From Promethearchaeota archaeon Loki_b32 (GTDB lineage Archaea > Asgardarchaeota > Lokiarchaeia > Sigyniarchaeales > SOKP01), in the NCBI GenBank assembly GCA_005223125.1, contig NJBH01000001.1, forward strand, positions 128,001 to 192,000: a stretch of DNA of 64,000 nt, read 5' to 3'. The notes beneath the pieces were generated by a model. That model did not search any database, was not told the DNA's origin, and worked only from the letters and a program-made list of their open reading frames with translations. The position numbers and the translations under genes are program-made. Positions 59,119 through 64,000 of the stretch are shown piece after piece. Numbering within the stretch: the stretch's first letter is position 1; every line of letters starts with the position of its first letter.

Positions 59119-61605
59119 TTATTGAAATTTTTTCAATATATACTTCTTAGCTTTATTAATTTCTTCTTTTACTGATTTGGTATCAATTTCTTTTTCGATC
59201 TCTTCAATAATAATATCCTTATCGATTTCTCCCCTAAAATTGATAATCGAATAATCATTATCTAAATAAAATGGAAAATATTCAATTCCTGCCCCCCGAT
59301 AGAACTTAAAGAAGAATTCGTAGAAGTGCAAACGAAGAGCATTGATAAAAACTAATAATCCTTCTAATAAGATTACAACTAAATTACCAAATATCGCCCC
59401 AATAAAATTTACAATCTCTACTCCAATACTCTCTCCCTCAATCAACGCTGACATGGCATTTATAGAATATAATAATGCTATATGAGCTAATGCCAATGCT
59501 AATAATCTGATATAAGATGCAACATTACTCATAATAGATAAAGCAGTGTCGAATGCTTCAATTGAACCTTCACCTAATAAACCTCCAAAAGATTCATTTT
59601 GTAAATATGAAATTTTAAATAATTTGCCAAAAGGTTTCGATATTAGCAAAAGAATTCCAGGAATTAAAACTAGTAATATAGGATATGGATCCGCGAACCA
59701 AGTATATATAGCAAAACCATATCCAAAAATTAAAACTGTTCCTCCTGTTAATAATAGAATTTTAATAAAGGAATCGCTAAATGCTAAATATTTTCTATGT
59801 TGTTTCCAGTAATTTAAAAATTGGATAAACCAACCCAAATTGATGTGAAAAACACCAATATATACAGCAAAGGTGAATACATTCATTATATTATTCAATG
59901 GATTAAATAGAGTGATATTAAAAATTCTTAAATCAAATATTCCTTGGAGGTTTAATAAGTACATAATTAAACTAAATAATGCCATACACACACCAAGACC
60001 AATAAATCTTTTCCCCAATCTACGCTTTATCGCAATAATTAGAACTCCAATAATAACTAATATTCCTCCAATGATTACTATATATCCCAAGAACTGTATA
60101 ACTAACAATGCAATCGAAGCAATGGATATCGGTTTAAGATGCCAAATTACATTTCCAAATATTTCTATTTCATGCATTCCAAAAAATTCTCCATATAAAA
60201 ATCCAACAAAAATGGCAGCCCAACCGCAAAAGAAAATTATCCAACATAGATTTACGACGTCTTTACTTCGTTTTCTTAATAATATCGCACCTAATATTCC
60301 AGAAATTATAAGAATTACTCCATGTCCAATATCACCAAACATCAAACCGAAAAGTATTGGAAAAGTTATAGCTATAATTGGAGTAGGATCTATTTCAGAA
60401 TAATTAGGTGTTCCATACATTTTGGTAATAGTTTCAAAAGGTTTTACCAGAAAGAAATTTTTCATAATAGTTGGCGCTTTTTCCCTCAAATCTTCTTTTT
60501 CTTCATGTTCTTCTATCTCTTCATCTACACTAATGTATTTTTCTTTAAGTTCTCCCTTTTTTTTCTTCTTATCAATTTTTTTTGTTTTTGAAATGGACGT
60601 TTCATATATTGGCTGTTTTTTAGATATATCAAACGTCTCAAAAATTATATTATCTTTAAAAGTTTTAAATAAAATCTGTAGTATTTCTTCTTTTTTTGAA
60701 ATTGGAACAAAAAATTTGAGTATTAAACGATTTGAAGATGATCGTTCGAATTGCTGTTCAACCCAATTATACTCTTCAATGTTTTGTACAATTTCATTAA
60801 TACCCACGATTTTTGCTAAATTATCTGATGTAATTCGATTTTGTTCTTTCCTATATCTTGATACTAAGTTTTCAATAAATTTAATCTCCTTATTTATTCT
60901 CGAAAAATTAATTCCCTCATTTGTTAAATATTTTTTTAATATTGGAACTTCTTCAGAATGAATTAATCGAATCCTTCCTCTAAATTCTTCTTCTTTATCT
61001 TTTGGATAAAGAATATAAAAACCAATTCGATCATCAGGAATTTCAAATACCTCATAAAAGTTAGGAAATTCTGAGAAATCAAGAAGATTTTGGAGATTAG
61101 TAAAATTTTTAGAAAATGTAGTAAAAACTCTAAACTTAAATTGTTTTAAGTCATCAATTTTATCTTTACTAAAATTTAATTTTTCTAAATATGTATAGCT
61201 CGCTTTTAGTGTACGAAGATTTTCTAATTCTATTATTCCTTGTGAAATATAATTATTTAGTTCGGTAAATCTATTTGCAAAAAAATCTATTTCTTCAAGG
61301 AGATGAGTAATTAATTCATGTAAATCTTTTGCTACAAATTCAGCTCTTTTATCCTTATCAACTTTCGTTTCTAAGAGCTCATATTCATTTAAATTAAGCC
61401 TTTTAAGTAAACTATTTAAATTTTTCCTTAAAGTCTTAATAGATTCTCTAATTGAATCTTTTTCCTCCAATTTTTCCTTAATTTCAGGTTTTTCTCTTTG
61501 TTTTATATGAACGGAGTTTATATTAGACAATACAACAAGAAATTGATCTTTAAAATTCTCGTTAAGTTCGGCTTTAATTAAACTAAATTCATCTTTCCTT
61601 ACCAT
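59119..61605 (-). CDS. atpI: A/V-type ATPase subunit I (a)
   Basis: PNYSEIDPT, FGLMFGDIGHG, SYIRLLALALAH, LRLHFYEFF. Confidence 0.92.
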   Translation of the reverse strand: MVRKDEFSLIKAELNENFKDQFLVVLSNINSVHIKQREKPEIKEKLEEKDSIRESIKTLRKNLNSLLKRLNLNEYELLETKVDKDKRAEFVAKDLHELITHLLEEIDFFANRFTELNNYISQGIIELENLRTLKASYTYLEKLNFSKDKIDDLKQFKFRVFTTFSKNFTNLQNLLDFSEFPNFYEVFEIPDDRIGFYILYPKDKEEEFRGRIRLIHSEEVPILKKYLTNEGINFSRINKEIKFIENLVSRYRKEQNRITSDNLAKIVGINEIVQNIEEYNWVEQQFERSSSNRLILKFFVPISKKEEILQILFKTFKDNIIFETFDISKKQPIYETSISKTKKIDKKKKKGELKEKYISVDEEIEEHEEKEDLREKAPTIMKNFFLVKPFETITKMYGTPNYSEIDPTPIIAITFPILFGLMFGDIGHGVILIISGILGAILLRKRSKDVVNLCWIIFFCGWAAIFVGFLYGEFFGMHEIEIFGNVIWHLKPISIASIALLVIQFLGYIVIIGGILVIIGVLIIAIKRRLGKRFIGLGVCMALFSLIMYLLNLQGIFDLRIFNITLFNPLNNIMNVFTFAVYIGVFHINLGWFIQFLNYWKQHRKYLAFSDSFIKILLLTGGTVLIFGYGFAIYTWFADPYPILLVLIPGILLLISKPFGKLFKISYLQNESFGGLLGEGSIEAFDTALSIMSNVASYIRLLALALAHIALLYSINAMSALIEGESIGVEIVNFIGAIFGNLVVILLEGLLVFINALRLHFYEFFFKFYRGAGIEYFPFYLDNDYSIINFRGEIDKDIIIEEIEKEIDTKSVKEEINKAKKYILKKFQ

Positions 61606-61616
61606 TTATAGCATAC

Positions 61617-62264
61617 TCAAATTGTTTTTTGTTTTTGGATAATTATATCTTTTGTTTTTTTTAATCTAATATAGTTTTCTCTTTCGATTTCTTCTAATAT
61701 CTCTCGAATTTTTTTAATATTAAATTTTAATCTTGGTATTATTAAATTTTTTAGACCATTTATCCTACGATTGATTTTTTTAAAATTTATAGCGTGTTTT
61801 AAAATCAGATCCTCAATTTCAGAAAATTGGATTAATTGTTCAAAAAATATTTTTAATACATTAATTAAATCATCCAAATAATGACTTGTGTTTTCGAATG
61901 TATAAGCAGGAAGTTTCTCTTCTTGAATTAATTCATATTTAATCTTTGGAATCATTATTCCTGCTTTTTTTTTATGTTGAATCTCAATTTTAGGTTTATA
62001 TTGGATCCTACTTAATTTACTAATTAAAAATAAATTATTCTTACCCATCTCTTCATAAGTGAGATTTAGCAATTTTAGTGATTTCTTAAATAGAGAGAGA
62101 AATTCTTTCCTATTTGTCTTATATTGTTTCCACAATTTTCTCAGTTCGAAAATTAATTGTTTTCTCCTGAATTCTAAAAAATTTTCTCCTTTGTCTGCAA
62201 ATGCTAACCTTTTTTGCAGTGCCATTAAATTCGATTTCGTTGGCTTAATCTCTCTAAAACTTAT
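61617..62264 (-). CDS. atpD: A/V-type ATPase subunit D (start uncertain; conserved N-terminus lies upstream of ATG 62225)
   Basis: ISFREIKPTKSNL in frame before MALQKRL; RRINGLKNLIIP, EEIERENYIRLKK. Confidence 0.85.
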   Translation of the reverse strand: MSFREIKPTKSNLMALQKRLAFADKGENFLEFRRKQLIFELRKLWKQYKTNRKEFLSLFKKSLKLLNLTYEEMGKNNLFLISKLSRIQYKPKIEIQHKKKAGIMIPKIKYELIQEEKLPAYTFENTSHYLDDLINVLKIFFEQLIQFSEIEDLILKHAINFKKINRRINGLKNLIIPRLKFNIKKIREILEEIERENYIRLKKTKDIIIQKQKTI

Positions 62265-62267
62265 AAT

Positions 62268-63659
62268 CTACACCCTTGCTTGAAAGTATTTATCAATATA
62301 TTTTTGATGAATTCTCATTAATTGATTAGGATTTAAATTAGAAATCACATCCCACGCTATATTAAGAGTATTCTCAAAAGTTCGATTCTCATCTTCTTTT
62401 TGATTTAAAAACCGTTGTTCAAAATCGATCCCAAATTTTAATAAATTTTTTTGTTCATAATTTAAGCCATCTTCTCCTACAATTGAAATTAAATCCTTTA
62501 CTTCAAGATAGTTAGAATATGAAGATAATAATTGTGAGCTAATATCAGCATGATCTTCTCGTGTTTTCTCTGCTCCAATTGCATCTTTCATTAATCGTGA
62601 AATCGATGCTAAAACTTCGAAAGGAGGGTATACACCTTTCTTATGTAAATCTCGGCTAAGTACTAATTGTCCTTCAGTTATATAACCCGTAGTATCCGGT
62701 ATTGGATGAGAGATATCATCATTGGGCATTGTTAATATTGGTATTTGAGTTATCGATCCTTTCTTTCCTTTGATTTTACCAGTCCTTTCATAAAGAGATG
62801 CAAAATCAGAATATATATATCCCGGATATCCTTTTCTACTAGGAATTTCTTCTTTTGCAGTGCTTAATTCTCTCAATGCTTCAGCATAATTTGTCATATC
62901 AATTAAAATTACTAGAACATGCATATCTTTTTCAAAAGCAAAATATTCTGCTGTTGTTAATGCTATTCTTGGAATTATCAATCGTTCAATTATAGGATCG
63001 TCAGCAAAATTGATAAAAGAAATGATATTTTGTAAACTACCAGTTTCTTGAAAACGTTTTAAAAAATAAATTGCGTCATCATGAATTATTCCAATCCCAC
63101 AAAATATAATTACAAATGATTCCTCCGAAATAACTTTTGCCTGTGATGCTATTTGAGCCGCTAATTTATTGTGAGGTAATCCTTGAACACTAAAAATAGG
63201 AAGTTTTTGACCTCGTATTAAAGTAAACAAACCATCGATTACAGATATACCTGTTTGTATGATATCTACAGGATATTCTCTGGCAAATGGATTAATAGGA
63301 ACCCCATTTATATCTCTTTGAACCTCAGTTAAAATATCAGAATCTAAAGCGATTTTAGTTTTAATATCAATTGGTTTTCCTAATGAATTAAAGGTTTGCC
63401 CAAACATATCTTTAGAAATTTTTACTTGAAATGTATCTTCAGTAAATATGATTTCAGCGTTTTCTGAAGAGATTCCTGTAGTTTCTTCGAAAACTTCAAC
63501 AACAATTACTTGTTCATCCATCTTGACGACTTGTCCTGTGCGAGTTTTACCATCATTTGTTTTAATTTTTACTATCTCACCATACTGTGCATTGTGTTCA
63601 TTCTTGAGAAATATTAATGGTCCAATAATTTGTTGGATTTTTTTATATATTACACTCAT
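62268..63659 (-). CDS. atpB: A/V-type ATPase subunit B
   Basis: PINPFAR, TGISVID, RGQKLPIFS, DMTNYAEALRE, GSITQIPILTMP, GYITEGQ. Confidence 0.93.
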   Translation of the reverse strand: MSVIYKKIQQIIGPLIFLKNEHNAQYGEIVKIKTNDGKTRTGQVVKMDEQVIVVEVFEETTGISSENAEIIFTEDTFQVKISKDMFGQTFNSLGKPIDIKTKIALDSDILTEVQRDINGVPINPFAREYPVDIIQTGISVIDGLFTLIRGQKLPIFSVQGLPHNKLAAQIASQAKVISEESFVIIFCGIGIIHDDAIYFLKRFQETGSLQNIISFINFADDPIIERLIIPRIALTTAEYFAFEKDMHVLVILIDMTNYAEALRELSTAKEEIPSRKGYPGYIYSDFASLYERTGKIKGKKGSITQIPILTMPNDDISHPIPDTTGYITEGQLVLSRDLHKKGVYPPFEVLASISRLMKDAIGAEKTREDHADISSQLLSSYSNYLEVKDLISIVGEDGLNYEQKNLLKFGIDFEQRFLNQKEDENRTFENTLNIAWDVISNLNPNQLMRIHQKYIDKYFQARV

Positions 63660-64000
63660 AATTTTCTGAATACTCCATATGATATTTTCATAGATTCAAT
63701 CTCATTAATTAAATTATTTTTTATTTCTTCTATTTTATTGAAATCTTCATTACGAATTGAATGGTTAATTCTTAATATCTCAATTATAGTTTTAAGTTCT
63801 TTAATATCTTCCAGTAAAAATCCTTGCTTAAGTAGTTCCTTACCTTCTTTATACAACAATAGAATAATCTTTATCATTCCTAAAAGTTTCCTAACACCTG
63901 TATAATTATCTATGTCATCAAACGCATTTTGGATTAGAAATCCGTTTTTAATCAATTTTGCAATAAATAAAGTTAATTGCTGGCTTTCAGGTAAATTTTC
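63656..64000 (-). CDS. atpA: C-terminus of another A/V-type ATPase subunit A (5' part outside the window)
   Basis: Open from 64000: [34 protein letters not shown], closely matching the C-terminus of 56807-58627. Confidence 0.85.
   Translation of the reverse strand, partial: ENLPESQQLTLFIAKLIKNGFLIQNAFDDIDNYTGVRKLLGMIKIILLLYKEGKELLKQGFLLEDIKELKTIIEILRINHSIRNEDFNKIEEIKNNLINEIESMKISYGVFRKL

Noticed and set aside
4756-63905. Numerous 60-180 aa ORFs overlapping long genes (e.g. 33103-33501, 43452-43772, 49600-49995, 59873-60403, 60422-60961, 63630-63905)
   Set aside because: They lie antisense or out of frame within motif-supported genes and show no motifs of their own.
1-64000. tRNA, rRNA or CRISPR arrays
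   Set aside because: No GC-rich structured segments or regularly spaced repeats were seen by eye; tRNAscan-SE and Infernal would be needed to exclude small RNAs.

Overview
Very AT-rich archaeal chromosomal segment whose gene content points to Asgard archaea, most likely Lokiarchaeia (inference: Arf/Rag-like small GTPases with longin/roadblock-type partner domains, RING and VWA proteins, V4R/Bet3-like proteins, RadA, tRNA-splicing endonuclease, ACDS alpha subunit, many TTG starts). It holds about 55 protein-coding genes; I found no rRNA, tRNA, CRISPR array or transposase. Highlights: (1) at the left edge, missed by the ORF track, a minus-strand module: Cys-rich MarR regulator, a 25-aa Cys-Cys micropeptide, an iron-sulfur flavoprotein, and a single ORF fusing a class I SAM methyltransferase to an HgcA-like corrinoid domain (GINVWCAARG). 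Identical 18-bp palindromic operators sit next to TATA boxes in front of the MarR and micropeptide genes. This is a candidate metal(loid) sensing/methylation system. (2) A protein of four tandem ~92-aa helical repeats fused to a PD-(D/E)XK nuclease, preceded by two unannotated paralogous ~46-aa basic microproteins. (3) Two single genes each flanked by a duplicated 3' end of the upstream gene, differing only at synonymous sites. (4) A divergent A/V-ATPase cluster with two A subunits, one carrying GEPGNE instead of GERGNE, and an atpD lacking a canonical start. (5) Eukaryote-like signalling proteins and a dispersed alpha-glucan gene set. All family calls come from motif reading by eye; no database searches were run.
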